Shown in pieces: positions 1 to 11,074 of a stretch of DNA of 64,000 nucleotides. The position numbers were made by a program, and so were the translations under genes. Below the pieces are notes generated by a model, which was not told where the DNA came from, made no database searches, and was given only the letters and a program-made list of their open reading frames with translations. Location: positions 576,001-640,000 of the forward strand of contig CAWAUV010000007.1 in the NCBI GenBank assembly GCA_963785305.1. Direction: 5' to 3'. The stretch is from an uncultured Planctomycetaceae bacterium. GTDB lineage: Bacteria; Planctomycetota; Planctomycetia; Pirellulales; PALSA-1355. Each line of letters begins with the position of its first letter. The first letter of the stretch is position 1.

Positions 1-1442
1 TCCAGGTCGCGCGCTTCGCCGGGACGAAGCGAGCCGATTTCGAATTCCAATTCCGGCCCGGCCCCATGCTTGAGCTCGGCGGGCACATTCTCCGAAAGCA
101 CGACTCCGGTGGCGATGCCCGATCCGGGGTTGGCCAAATGGATTTTCATGGTGACCGGCGAGCCGATGAGCACTTCGCGAGGCGCGGCCACTTCGAGCGT
201 GAGGGCGGCGCGGGTCGAGCGAGTGCGCACCGAAGCGGCGGCTTGAAAATGCACGGTGGCCACGCTGCCGATCTCGCCCTCGGCCGTGGGAAGCAGTTGC
301 ATTTCAATGTTGATCTCGTCGCCGGGCTTCATGGCGCCCAGTTGCCAGCGGAGCTTGCCCGGCGCCGGCTGGGTGGCGGGCGGCTTGGCCCCGACGAACT
401 GCACTCCCCGCGGCACATCGTCTTGAATCTCGACGCCCTGAGCCGCCACCGCGCCGACATTGCGAACCTTAATGATAAACGTGGCCGGCTTGCCGACCTG
501 AATCTCGCTCGGGGCTCGCTTTTCGATGGTGAGCGTGGGCGTTTGCGATCCTTCGAGTTGCGAGTCGCCCGGGCGGCCGAGTCCTTCGAGCGCCCTTTGC
601 GCCCCCGCCGCGAGCGATTCGGTGGCCGACGCGGGCATGGCAGCGCCTTCTTGCGAAGTCGGCAGGGGGCCGAACAGGTTTTCGCTAGCGGCGTCGCCGG
701 CCAGCCCGCCGGCATTTTGACCCGGCTCGGGATTCAGCGGCCGAGCGTAGGGATCGGCGCCGACGATCGGGGCGAGGTTGCGCGGCTCGTCGCTCGCGGG
801 CATTGGCGCCGAGAATGAAGTCGGGTCCTGGGGCGCGGCCGCCGAGGAATCGCTCGGGGCGCCGAAGGGGGGCGATGTCTCCGGCGGTAGCGGCATCGGA
901 ACATTGTTCGGATCGCTGGGCTCGGGTGTCTGGCCGGCGCGAATTTCCGGTGGAGCGCCGTAGTAAGGGTCGGGCTCCGGCCCGCGGGCGGCGGTCGCCG
1001 GTTGCGACGCATCGCGACTGGGGAGCGAATCGCCGCTGGCGACTTCGGGCTGGGGATTGGCTCGCTCGAAGGGATCGGCGCCTGCGGGGCGATCGAGCCG
1101 GCCGGCTCGTTCGGGCCGATCGATGGCGTCGCGAGCAGGGATGGCGTCGCGACCTGGGGCGGCATCGGCAAAGCGACCATCGAGTTCCGAGGGGCCGCGA
1201 AATGCGTCGCCGCGTTCGTCGGCGGGCGCGGGGCCACGGCGGCCAAAGGGGTCGACGGCATTGGCGCTGGCCGGGTCCTCGGCCGCGGCCAGCGGAATCG
1301 GTCGCGCGTCGGGCGGGGCCGCTGGTTGTTCAAAAGGCGGGGGCGCCTGGGGGCCGAAGCCCTTTTCAACCTGTGTGACGCCCAGGTATCCGAGCCCGAC
1401 CACCGAGCCGAGAATCAACGCGTGAACGATAAATCGCTTCAT
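1..1442 (-). CDS. DUF11-domain (OmcB-like repeat) exported protein, runs off the left edge
   Basis: Manual translation from ATG 1442: MKRFIVHALILGSVVGLG (signal-like), Pro/Ala-rich linker, then LTIEKRAPSEIQVGKPATFIIKVRNVG...LRWQLGAMKPGDE...EVLIGSPVTMKIHLANPGSG, typical DUF11 repeats. Not in the ORF track, probably because no stop lies in the window. Confidence 0.75.
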   Translation of the reverse strand, partial: MKRFIVHALILGSVVGLGYLGVTQVEKGFGPQAPPPFEQPAAPPDARPIPLAAAEDPASANAVDPFGRRGPAPADERGDAFRGPSELDGRFADAAPGRDAIPARDAIDRPERAGRLDRPAGADPFERANPQPEVASGDSLPSRDASQPATAARGPEPDPYYGAPPEIRAGQTPEPSDPNNVPMPLPPETSPPFGAPSDSSAAAPQDPTSFSAPMPASDEPRNLAPIVGADPYARPLNPEPGQNAGGLAGDAASENLFGPLPTSQEGAAMPASATESLAAGAQRALEGLGRPGDSQLEGSQTPTLTIEKRAPSEIQVGKPATFIIKVRNVGAVAAQGVEIQDDVPRGVQFVGAKPPATQPAPGKLRWQLGAMKPGDEINIEMQLLPTAEGEIGSVATVHFQAAASVRTRSTRAALTLEVAAPREVLIGSPVTMKIHLANPGSGIATGVVLSENVPAELKHGAGPELEFEIGSLRPGEARDL

Positions 1443-1635
1443 GGAGGCACGCCCAGTCGAGAGAAACAAGAATCGGAGCGAGAAGCCGTTTTTTTGCTGA
1501 AGATTGGAAGGGCTGCGGGTAGATACCAAAATCAGCCACGGGAGTTAAGGCCAGATCGCCGCCGATCTCGGTGGGCGCAATCGGGGCAAGCCGGCGGGAC
1601 GCCTCGAAAAATCGGAATTTGTCGATCGCGCGTGC

Positions 1636-1715
1636 TTGACGTCCGCGGCGCCGGCGCTCTAGGCTTGCTAGCGTGTCTCAAATGGACTTGCCAGTCCAAT
1701 GGGCGGTTCTATAAT
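1636..1715 (+). promoter_or_regulatory. Tandem sigma70-like promoters upstream of tRNA-Gly/tig
   Basis: TTGACG(1636)-18 nt-TAGGCT(1660) and TTGCCA(1688)-16 nt-TATAAT(1710). Confidence 0.5.
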
Positions 1716-1835
1716 CCGAAGACTTTCGGCGATGTATCGCGGCGTGCGTGGAATTGCCGATCGCCTTGGGTCCATGGCTCGTGGCCGAAGCGGCAAATGC
1801 GTTTCGGCCGGTCAGCGGGCCATGAAATTCGAAGT

Positions 1836-1908
1836 GCGGGTGTAGCTCAGTTGGTAGAGCACGACGTTGCCAACGTCGTTGTCGTGGGTTCGAATCCCAT
1901 CACCCGCT
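1836..1908 (+). tRNA. tRNA-Gly(GCC), CCA not encoded
   Basis: GCGGGTG...CACCCGC acceptor stem, D arm GCTCAGTTGGTAGAGC, anticodon arm CGACG-TTGCCAA-CGTCG, T loop GGTTCGAATCC. Confidence 0.97.
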
Positions 1909-2322
1909 GTTAGTGTTTGTAATTTCTTGGCGGCGGTTTGCGTCGCCATAGTGCTGGGAGCGTTGCTGGAGCTGGGCGCGTTCCCGGCCGGGGAGGCGCG
2001 GGGCCGCTCCGAAAGTCGCTGGCCGGCATGCTGGGCCTTGGACGGCGAGGGAGCCGAACTTCCCATTGCCGTTCAGCTTCGCCAGATTCCGGCCAAAATG
2101 GGCGCGGCTCCCTTGGGGCTTGGACAACCGCGGGGCTGCATGGCAGAATGCGCCATCAGAGACCGGCGCCGCCCATTGGCAAGCGCACACGGAAGACCGC
2201 TCTTATTTATTTCGGCCGATTTTGTCTCGTTCCATTTTGCTCGAACGCACTAGCGTGGTTCCAGAGCGTTGAAGTCGCTCGATCACGCGGTGTCGACACG
2301 ATTTTTTTGAAGGCGAATTGAC

Positions 2323-3792
2323 ATGGCTCTCAGCGACGAAATCGACGAAGAAGGCGCCGACAGTGAAACCGGCGTCGACGAGGCGGCCGAACGAATGAAC
2401 CTCGAGGTCAAGGTGACGAGCCCCTCGGCTTGTGAGCGGCATCTGACCGTCACGATTTCGCCCGAGGATATTCAGCGATATTTCGACAAGGAATTCAGCG
2501 GCATGATGAGCACCGCCGCCGTGCCGGGTTTCCGCGCCGGCCGGGCGCCGCGAAAACTGATCGAGTCGCGCTTTCGCAAGGACGTGGCCGAGCGGGTCAA
2601 GAGCTCGCTCCTGCTCGACAGTCTGACCCAAGTGACCGAGGATCAGGATTTCTCGGCCATCAGCGAGCCCTCGCTCGATCCCACCTTGGTCGAAGTGCCC
2701 GACACCGGGCCGCTGACCTTCGAGTTCGATCTCGAAGTGCGGCCGGAGTTCGACCTGCCGAATTGGAAGAATCTGGAGATCAGCCGCCCGGTGCATGAAT
2801 TCGGCGAAGCCGACATTCAGATTCAGATCGAGCGCATCCTGGCCCGCTATGGCAAGCTCACGCCGCACGCCGGCCCGGCCGCTACGGGCGATTATGTGAG
2901 CTGCAATCTGACGTTCAAGAATGGCGACGAAGTCTTGTCCGAGGGCAAGGAAGAGGTGATTCGTATTCGCCCGACGCTCAGTTTCCGCGACTGCAATATC
3001 ACGCAGTTCGACAAACTGATGGGCGGCGCGACCGCCGGCCAAACCCGGGAAGGCAAGGCCCAAATGGGCGACACCGGCCCCGAGGCGCTCCGCGGCAAGC
3101 AGATCACGGCGATCTTCGAAGTGCTCGAAGTCAAGAAGCTCGAACTTCCGGAGCTCACGCCCGAATTCCTTGGGCAGCTTGGCTTCGATGGCGAAGGCGA
3201 GCTGAAAGACGCGGTCAAATCGTCGCTCGAGCGGCAATTGGAATACCGGCAACACCAAGAGGCTCGCAAGCAGCTCACGGCCGCGCTCCTCAAGACCGCC
3301 GATTGGGATTTGCCTCCCAAGCTGCTGCGTCGCCAAAGCGCTCGCGAATTCGAGCGGGCGATCATGGAATTGCAACGCAACGGATTCAGCGAGGATGAAA
3401 TTCGCGCCACCGCGAACAACTTGCGTCAGAACAGCGACGTGAACACCGCCCGCGCGCTCAAGGAGCATTTCATCCTTGAGCGGATCGCGGAAGAAGAAAA
3501 AATCGATGTCGAGCCAGCCGACTACGACGCCGAAGTGGCGCTCATCGGCAAGCAGACCGAGGAAAGCCCGCGGCGCGTGCGAGCCCGGCTGGAAAAAGAA
3601 GGGCTCATGGACGCCCTGCGAAATCAGATTGTCGAGCGCAAGACGATCGAACTGGTGCTCGAGCATGCCAAGTTCAAGGAAGTGCCCTTCAAGCAAGAAG
3701 ACACCAACACCGAAGCGATCGATCAGGCGGCGGGCGGCGAGGAGTCGGACACCGCGGTATCGGGTGAAGGGAACTCGCCCGAGGCGTCTTGA
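2323..3792 (+). CDS. tig: Trigger factor
   Basis: Ribosome-binding signature VPGFRAGRAP, FEFDLEVRPEF, 489 aa, directly upstream of clpP. Confidence 0.95.
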   Translation: MALSDEIDEEGADSETGVDEAAERMNLEVKVTSPSACERHLTVTISPEDIQRYFDKEFSGMMSTAAVPGFRAGRAPRKLIESRFRKDVAERVKSSLLLDSLTQVTEDQDFSAISEPSLDPTLVEVPDTGPLTFEFDLEVRPEFDLPNWKNLEISRPVHEFGEADIQIQIERILARYGKLTPHAGPAATGDYVSCNLTFKNGDEVLSEGKEEVIRIRPTLSFRDCNITQFDKLMGGATAGQTREGKAQMGDTGPEALRGKQITAIFEVLEVKKLELPELTPEFLGQLGFDGEGELKDAVKSSLERQLEYRQHQEARKQLTAALLKTADWDLPPKLLRRQSAREFERAIMELQRNGFSEDEIRATANNLRQNSDVNTARALKEHFILERIAEEEKIDVEPADYDAEVALIGKQTEESPRRVRARLEKEGLMDALRNQIVERKTIELVLEHAKFKEVPFKQEDTNTEAIDQAAGGEESDTAVSGEGNSPEAS

Positions 3793-4123
3793 ATTCGCGG
3801 GGCCTCGCGCGCCCGAATGTTCGGCTCTCGCGGCGCCAAGGCGCGTGGCCGGTTCGCCGTGTCTTGTAAAAAACATCGAGGCCGCGGCGAGGCGTCGACG
3901 TTTTGGAATCGCAACGGAGGGCAACTTCATTTCTTGGATGATATTTCCGGCGGACGCCGCCTTGGTGGACGCGCGGCTTTGCCCTTTCCCTGGAAGCCTC
4001 GGATCGAAACAATACAACTGAGCCGGATGGAATCATAAGCACGCCGAACGGCGGGCCGTGGCGCGTCAAGCAGAGCCCCGGCCCCCCTTGCAACGTCGGC
4101 AGGAGACAGAAAGAAACCACGCC

Positions 4124-4717
4124 ATGTCCTACCGCGACTATCAGCGTCAGCGTCAGATGACCCTCGGCGATCTTCTACTGGAGAATCGCATTATTCTTCT
4201 CCAGGGCGAGATTCACGACGGCAACGCCAATGAACTCGTGATGAAGCTGTTGTACTTGCAGAGCGAAAATCGCCGCAAGCCGATCCACTTCTACATCAAC
4301 TCGCCCGGCGGCAGCGTGACCGCCACGCTCGCGATCTACGACACGATGCAAATCTGCTCGTGCCCGGTGGCCACCTACTGCGTGGGATTGGCGGCGAGCG
4401 GCGGGGCGGTGCTTTTGGCCGGCGGCGCGAAGGGCAAGCGATTTGCCTTGCCGCACGCCAAGGTAATGATTCATCAGCCCTATGGCCAAGTGGGCGGGCA
4501 AGTGTCGGACATCGAGATTCAGGCCGACGAAATCCTCAAAACCCGCGATGTGCTCAACCATGTGCTGGCCGATCATACCGGTCAGCCGCTCGAGCGCATC
4601 GCCAAGGACACGAATCGCGACTATTACATGACCGCCATCGAAGCCAAGCATTATGGCGTGGTCGATGATATCCTCACCCGACCGGCCGCGACCGAGGAAG
4701 AAGACGAAAAGCCGTGA
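4124..4717 (+). CDS. clpP: ATP-dependent Clp protease proteolytic subunit
   Basis: [19 protein letters not shown] (Ser), MIHQP (His), RDYYM (Asp). Confidence 0.95.
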   Translation: MSYRDYQRQRQMTLGDLLLENRIILLQGEIHDGNANELVMKLLYLQSENRRKPIHFYINSPGGSVTATLAIYDTMQICSCPVATYCVGLAASGGAVLLAGGAKGKRFALPHAKVMIHQPYGQVGGQVSDIEIQADEILKTRDVLNHVLADHTGQPLERIAKDTNRDYYMTAIEAKHYGVVDDILTRPAATEEEDEKP

Positions 4718-4809
4718 GACGCGAGGCCGTGTTTGCCGGCCGCGATCGCGCAGGCGCAAGGCCGATCGAAAAAACGAACCAACCCAACCTTGCAGAATGT
4801 GACCGAGCC

Positions 4810-5415
4810 ATGCCACTGATTCCCTATGTCATCGAAAAGAGCGGCCGTGAAGAACGGGCGATGGACATCTACAGCCGGCTGCTGAAAGATCGCATCGTCT
4901 TTCTCGGCTCGCAGGTCAACGATGAGGTGGCCAACGCCATCGTCGCGCAAATGTTGTTTCTGCAATCCGACGACCCGAAGTCGGATATCCATCTCTACAT
5001 CAATTCGCCGGGCGGCAGCGTGACCGCCGGTTTGGCGATCTACGACACGATGCAGTTCGTCACCTGCGATGTGGCGACCTATTGCATCGGTCAGGCCGCT
5101 TCGATGGGCGCGGTGCTCCTTACCGCCGGAACGGCCGGCAAGCGCCATGCGCTGCCGAATGCCCGCATCATGATTCACCAGCCGCTGGCCGGCATGGAAG
5201 GCACGGCCGAGGAGATCATGATCCATGCCAAGGAATTCAAGAAGGTGAAGGCCAAGCTGAATCAGATCTTGATCAAGCACACCGGCCACCCGATCGAACA
5301 GATCGAACAGGACACCGACCGCGACCGCTTCATGTCGGCCGCCGAGGCGATGGAATACCGCCTGCTCGACCGCGTGATCGAACGCATGGAACACAAGCCG
5401 GGCAAAGAAGGTTAA
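4810..5415 (+). CDS. clpP: ATP-dependent Clp protease proteolytic subunit (second paralog)
   Basis: [47 protein letters not shown]. Confidence 0.96.
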   Translation: MPLIPYVIEKSGREERAMDIYSRLLKDRIVFLGSQVNDEVANAIVAQMLFLQSDDPKSDIHLYINSPGGSVTAGLAIYDTMQFVTCDVATYCIGQAASMGAVLLTAGTAGKRHALPNARIMIHQPLAGMEGTAEEIMIHAKEFKKVKAKLNQILIKHTGHPIEQIEQDTDRDRFMSAAEAMEYRLLDRVIERMEHKPGKEG

Positions 5416-5770
5416 TGGCGAAACTTCGGGCATGAATCGACGAGCCATTTCATCTTGGGCGTTTCAATCGTGAACGGCCCAAGATTTTTGTCCGTTTGAG
5501 TTGCCAGCAACGCTGTCTCGACGCTTCGCTTCGGGATTTTCTTTTGCTTTGGGGCAAAATCGCCGTTTCGCCGCTCGGGCGAAATCGCTACAAGCTCGTT
5601 TTGGATTAGGCCAACGCTCGTTCGTTGGCGGCGCCGGCGCCCAAACAGCGCCCGCCGCTCCCTTCGCCCGGCCTGTCCAACGAAGCATCTCATCTCACTG
5701 GTTCTCGAATCTCGTCGTCTCGAAATTTCACGGTCCCTTTGTCGCATGAGGCTGACATGGGCGTTCGGCG

Positions 5771-7729
5771 TTGGATCATGGGCGCGTGCTCGCGCTTGCC
5801 GCGGCCGGTTGCCGCTCCGGAGGAGCGAACAACAACCAGACGCTGCTCGAGCGCGAGCTGCGCTTTCAAGAAACGGAATTGTGGCGTCTGCGCGACGAAA
5901 TCGAAGATTTGGGCTGCCAGCTTGAAATGGCCCAGCGCGAGAACGATTCACTCAAAAAAGACCTCGTCAACGACCCCCTCCCCGCGCCGCGGCCGAAAAA
6001 ATCGCCCGAACTCGTGCTGCCCAGCCTCGATGGATCGCCCAGTGTTCCCGCGCCGGCCACGCCGCGGCGCCGCGCCGGACGCGTCGATCCCGGCACGGTC
6101 GAAGGCCCCGCGGAGGTCGAGGTCCCGAAGATCGATCTCGGGCCCGGCCAAACCAGCGAGCGGGCGCCGAGCGAGTCGATGCCAAGCGAGCCGGCATCCG
6201 GCGACGCGGGTCCGAGTTTCGATTCTGGACCTCCCGAGCCGATGGAACTTTCGCCGCCCGCCGAGCCCGACGCGCCCGGTGAATTGCCAAGCCCCAATGC
6301 CTCGCGGCAAGAACGCACCCGGGCCACGCGCCGCAGTGACCATGCGATGCTCGCCGCGCACAACGCGCCTTTGCCCCCCACGGGGCCGGCGACCAAGCTC
6401 GTGATCGCCAAACAATTCACGGGCGGTCGCGATCGCGATGGCCATCCGGGCCACGAAGGCATCACGATTGCTTTCGAGCCGCGCGACGAAAACGACCGGC
6501 TCGCCGGCCCGAGCGGCGATGTATCGATCGTGGTGCTCGATCCGGCGTTTAGCGGTCCCCAGGCGCGCGTCGCCCGCTGGGACTTCAAAGCGAGCGAAGC
6601 GGCCAAGCACTTTGGCGGCAAGGGGCTCAGCCGCGGCTATTACTTCGACCTTCCTTGGTCCGGACACGCGCCGGCGAACGAAAAACTTCAAGTCTTCGTG
6701 CGCCTCGTCACGCCCGACGGCGCTCGGCTCGTGGCGGACCAAAATATCGATATCGCCCTACCGAGCAGTGTCGCGAATACTCGTTCAAGCCGCGGCGGCG
6801 CGGGCCCCGCGATTCCCAGCATTCTCATGGCCCCGCCAGCCAGCGGCGCCGCGGGCGCGAACGCCGATGGCGCCACCGTCGCGGGTTCGCCAGCGCCGCG
6901 GGCACGCTTTTACTCACGAACCAAGCCGGCGGCAAATTCGGCGGCAAACTTCTCGCCAAACGATCCATTGCCGCCCGGCGCCATGACCGACGACGCCTTC
7001 GACGCCGCGATCGACCCGCGAACCGGCCTCGCCGCCGCGCCCGCGGCTGGCGGCGACTCGACGCAATCGGGGCGCTCCGGCAGGTTCTTCGATCGGACTC
7101 GGCTGGGCGGCGGCCCAGGGCTCTTCGCCTTCGACGGACACATGCTCCGCAATCTGGGCGGAGGCAATTCTCGCAATCCGAAACCGACGCCGGCGACACC
7201 CTACCGCCTGGATTCCTACGGACCCGATGGCGAACCACGTTTTGTGATGAACCCGGGTTACGCTCCCGCATCGTCGGCGGGCGCTCCCGCGGCAGCCTAT
7301 GGCCCGATGCCAGCCAACGCCGGCGCGTCCGCATACGGTCCCGCGCCGGGTTACAGCGCCGCGCCCGGCTACGGTCCGGTAGTTAGCTATGGCCCGCCGC
7401 CGGGCTACGGCCCGATGGCCGCCTATGGCCCGGCGCCCTACACGGCTGGGGCTTATGGCCCGGCCCCTGGATATCCCGCCTCGGGCGTATACAGCGCCCC
7501 GGGATATGGGCCACCGACCTTTGTGGTTCCCTACATCATGCCGCCAGCGAACGGCGGCGCGCCGAACAACTCGGGCGATGTCGCTCGCATGGGCGCCCCA
7601 CCGGCCGGCGATGATTGGGCATCGAGCTTGGCGCCGGTCGGTGGTCCGCCACCGCAGTCCGACGAAGCTCCGATCGAAGAGCCGCCGGCGCCGCGCGTCA
7701 GCCGCCCGATTTGGCGTCCCTATCGCTAA
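5771..7729 (+). CDS. Putative lipoprotein with coiled coil, Pro-rich linkers and Tyr-Gly-Pro repeats; true start probably slightly upstream across a frameshift
   Basis: Lipobox-like LALAAAG|C, LERELRFQE..L..L coiled coil, globular middle (DVSIVVLDPA..RVARWDF), C-terminal WRPYR. Confidence 0.65.
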   Translation: MDHGRVLALAAAGCRSGGANNNQTLLERELRFQETELWRLRDEIEDLGCQLEMAQRENDSLKKDLVNDPLPAPRPKKSPELVLPSLDGSPSVPAPATPRRRAGRVDPGTVEGPAEVEVPKIDLGPGQTSERAPSESMPSEPASGDAGPSFDSGPPEPMELSPPAEPDAPGELPSPNASRQERTRATRRSDHAMLAAHNAPLPPTGPATKLVIAKQFTGGRDRDGHPGHEGITIAFEPRDENDRLAGPSGDVSIVVLDPAFSGPQARVARWDFKASEAAKHFGGKGLSRGYYFDLPWSGHAPANEKLQVFVRLVTPDGARLVADQNIDIALPSSVANTRSSRGGAGPAIPSILMAPPASGAAGANADGATVAGSPAPRARFYSRTKPAANSAANFSPNDPLPPGAMTDDAFDAAIDPRTGLAAAPAAGGDSTQSGRSGRFFDRTRLGGGPGLFAFDGHMLRNLGGGNSRNPKPTPATPYRLDSYGPDGEPRFVMNPGYAPASSAGAPAAAYGPMPANAGASAYGPAPGYSAAPGYGPVVSYGPPPGYGPMAAYGPAPYTAGAYGPAPGYPASGVYSAPGYGPPTFVVPYIMPPANGGAPNNSGDVARMGAPPAGDDWASSLAPVGGPPPQSDEAPIEEPPAPRVSRPIWRPYR

Positions 7730-7762
7730 CCACTTCATCGCGTCGCGCGGGCGTGCCGTGTT

Positions 7763-8781
7763 TCAGCCCATGCTCATGGTCGACACCAGCGCGGCGAGCA
7801 ATTGTCGGGCAGCGCCGCGATCGATCGCCTCGAGCGCCGCGGCAGCGCAGTCTCGCGGCTCCGCCAAGCGGCCGGCCACCCAAAGTCCCGCCGCGGCGTT
7901 GAGCGCCACGATATCGCGAGCCGGGCCACGCTCGCCGGCAAGCACTCCGCGAATGATCGCCGCGCTTTGCTCCGGACCCTCGATGCGAAGCGTGTCGAGC
8001 GACTGCGCGCGAATCCGAAATCCTCGGGCGACCACGCGAAGTCGCGCACTCCCTGGCCGGTGGCCTCGCTCACGAAGGTCGGTCCGGTAAGCGTCAGTTC
8101 ATCGAGCCCATCGTGACCATGCACGACAATCGCGCGCCGAGCGCCGAGTCGCACAAGCGCCTCGGCCACGAGCCCGCGCAACTCGGGCCGGGCGACGCCG
8201 ATCACTTGAAATGGCGCTCCGGCCGGATTCGCCAGGGGTCCGAGCAGATTGAAGATCGTGGGAACACCGAGTTGTTTCCGCACCGCCGACACCCGTTTCA
8301 TGGCCCCGTGAAACAGCGGCGCGAAACAGAAGCAAAGCCCGAGTTCGTCGAGCGCCCGTTCGACGGTCGGGAGGTCGGCAAGCACGTTGACTCCCAAGGC
8401 CGCGAGCACATCGCCGGAGCCGCTACGGCTGGTGATGGCGCGATTGCCATGCTTTGCCACGGGCGCCCCGGCGGCCGCGGCGACCAGCGCGGCGGCGGTG
8501 CTGATGTTGAATGTGTTCGAGCCATCGCCGCCGGTTCCGCAGGTATCGAGCAGGTTCGCGCGGCGCGAGCGAATGGGCGTCATGTGGCGGCGCAGAGCCA
8601 GGGCGGCGCCGGCCACTTCGTCGCTGGTCTCGCCTTTGGCGCGGAGGGCCGTGAGCAGCAGCCCGATTTGCGGGTCGGTCCACTGGCCGCGCATGATGGC
8701 GTCGATGGTCTCGGCCATCTGTTCGGCCGAAAGATTTTGGCCCGAGGCGACCTGGCCGAGCGTGGCGTCGATCGTCAGCAC
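7763..8781 (-). CDS. trpD: Anthranilate phosphoribosyltransferase (frameshift near 8010)
   Basis: DTCGTGGDG, NISTAAA, AKHGNR, FNLLGPLANP, GLDEL; C-terminus (RDIVALNAAAGL) continues in ORF 7763..8035. Confidence 0.93.
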
Positions 8782-8809
8782 AAGTTCCCCCGAAACGCGT
8801 TTGCGACTA

Positions 8810-9127
8810 TCAAAAGTCGATCATTTGTTGGCCGGGCGCCGTGGGCAGAATCACGATTTTGCCATCGCCCATGCGGCCGGTGCGGGCGACCTCGACGATG
8901 CGGCGCACGATTTCCTCGACGCGATTGTCGTCGACCCAGAGCGTGATTTCGACCTTGGGCAAAAAGGCGAGCGAGTATTCGCTCGACGCGTATTGATCGA
9001 GGTAGCTTTTCTGGCGGCCATAGCCCTTCACTTCGCGCACCGAACATGCTTCCAAAGGGGCGAGCTTGAGGCCATCGAGCACTTTCTCGGCCAGAAACGG
9101 TTTTACGACGGCCATCACTTGTTTCAT
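8810..9127 (-). CDS. glnB: P-II nitrogen regulatory protein
   Basis: MKQVMAVVKPF, VKGYGRQK, FLPKVEI, ARTGRMGDGKI. Confidence 0.9.
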   Translation of the reverse strand: MKQVMAVVKPFLAEKVLDGLKLAPLEACSVREVKGYGRQKSYLDQYASSEYSLAFLPKVEITLWVDDNRVEEIVRRIVEVARTGRMGDGKIVILPTAPGQQMIDF

Positions 9128-9146
9128 GCGTATCACGCTGTGCGAA

Positions 9147-10890
9147 TCATGTCTCGAACACGGCCCCCTGGCCGATGCGAGGCGCCCGGCCGAGCTTGCG
9201 GAGCAGTCGCCGCTGAAGCCCTCCCCAGAGTATAGTCCATTCGCGGCTGCCCATCATCCACGCGGTGAACAGATAGGCTCCCCCGCCGGCGATAACCAGC
9301 GCCGCGAGCCTCGCAATCTCGGCCGCGGGGCGAACCGCCGCGGGCAGGCAGGCGCCCAGCGCCGCGAGCACAATCGCCTGGGCCGCCGCGCTCATCAATG
9401 TCGGCCCCCACCCGCCGACAAGCATCGACCACGGCTTTCGATAGCGATTCTTGAGCGCGACAAGCAGTCCCGCGACTTGCGCTGGCGGCGAGAGTGGTGG
9501 CCAGGGCGAGCCCGCGCTCGGCCAGTGGCCACACCAGCAGCAGATCGAGCGAAATGCCAGCTACCGCGCCGACGAGCGCCATGCGAATCACAAGGCGAGA
9601 TTCTCCCAGGGCATAGGCGGCGCGAGTCAGAATCGGTAGCGAGCAGAGCGCGAGCATGCCGGCCGCATGAACGACGATCATGCCGGCCGTGCGGCGAGTG
9701 TCGTCGAGACCAAAGCGACCATGCTCAAACGCCAACCGCACGAACGGCTCGGCCAACAGGGCGAGGCTCACCGCGATCGGCGCCGCGGCGAACCAAGCCA
9801 GACGTAGCGAACGCCCGAGCTCGATCGCGGCGGCCCGGAGCTGGCCTCGCGCGGCATGGCGACTCAGGAGCGGAAACACGGCCGTCGCCAGGGCCACCCC
9901 GATGATGCCGACGGGCGCTTGGTAAAAGCGTTCGGCATAGTAGATGCTCGACAGCGCGCCGGCGGTAAGCGGGTAGCGGATCGTGGAGCCCAGCCCTGGG
10001 AAGCCGAGCGACCCGGCGATCGGCACTCCATCGTGAAGCGACCCAGGGGCCGGCGCCGAGAGGAGCCAAGCGATCGTGCTATCGCCGACCACGCTCAACT
10101 GCGCGATGCCCAGGGCCAGGACCAGCGGCCCAAGCCCGCGGCCGATCTTGCCCAGCGCCTCGCGACACGCCGGCAAATCGAGCCGCCAGCGAAACCCACA
10201 TTTCCAAAGCGCCCAAGCTTGCACGATTGCTTGCAGAAGCCCCGAAACGACGACACACAGCGCAATCACTCCGCCCTGGCCGGCGGGATCGCTGGCGAGC
10301 CGCGGCGCCCAAAGCCAAATGCCGGCGAGCCAGCAAAGATTGAAGAGCACCGCTCCACTGGCGGCCGCGGCAAAGCGGCCGAGCGTTTGCAGCGTGGCGG
10401 CAAGTTGGGCGGCAATGCAAATGAACCACAGATATGGCAACATCACCGCCGACAGCGCCAGCACAAGCCGTGATTGCTCGCGATCGGCCCACCAACGCCA
10501 AGCGACGAAAATTCCCGCTTCGCCCGCGACCACGATTCCCGCCAATCCGGCCGCGAGCAACATCAGCATACCCGTGGTCAATCGCCAAGCGGCCTCGCGG
10601 TCGCGCTGCAACTGATCGGCCAGCACCGGCACATAGCAAGCGGCGAGCGCTCCTTCGCCAAACAGCCGCCGGAACATGTTGGGCGCCCGCAACGCGATCA
10701 CCAGCGCGTCCATCACCGGCGAGCCACCCAAAACGGCCGCGGTGGCGATATCGCGCACGAATCCCAGCAATCGGCTGCCCAAAATCCCAACGGCCGTGGC
10801 GGTAGCCCCCGCCACGAGGCCCCGCGCGCCTCGCGGAGTGTCTTGCGGTTCGCGCTCGGTCGGGCGACGTTCGACGAAACGTGGAGTCAT
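9147..10890 (-). CDS. murJ: Lipid II flippase MurJ/MviN (frameshifted near 9480-9430)
   Basis: SRLLGFVRD, PNMFRRLFGEGAL, YYAERFYQAPVGIIGVALATAVFP, FEHGRF; last TM helices in ORF 9147..9425. Confidence 0.9.
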
Positions 10891-11074
10891 GGTCGGCGAA
10901 AGCTCGCGGAATTTGCGAAGAAATCGCCGCGGATCATAGGCATTTCGACACAAAGCGAACAGGCGGCTTTGCACGCGTTGGACAATCGGCGGGAAGACCG
11001 GTAGAGTCGAATCCTTGGGGGCGCCGGCCCAGGCAATTTCCTTTCGAGACACTCCCTTTTCCCGCCGTGCCTGC

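Noticed and set aside
1836..2322. Integrated element at tRNA-Gly
   Set aside because: tig follows directly; no att duplication or integrase seen.
4124..5415. Tandem clpP genes without clpX as a novelty
   Set aside because: Paired ClpP paralogs are common; both keep the catalytic triad and clpX may lie elsewhere.
7763..10890. trpD and murJ (also polX and glycan genes) as true pseudogenes
   Set aside because: Isolated 1-2 bp indels with otherwise intact motifs throughout the window point to assembly error.
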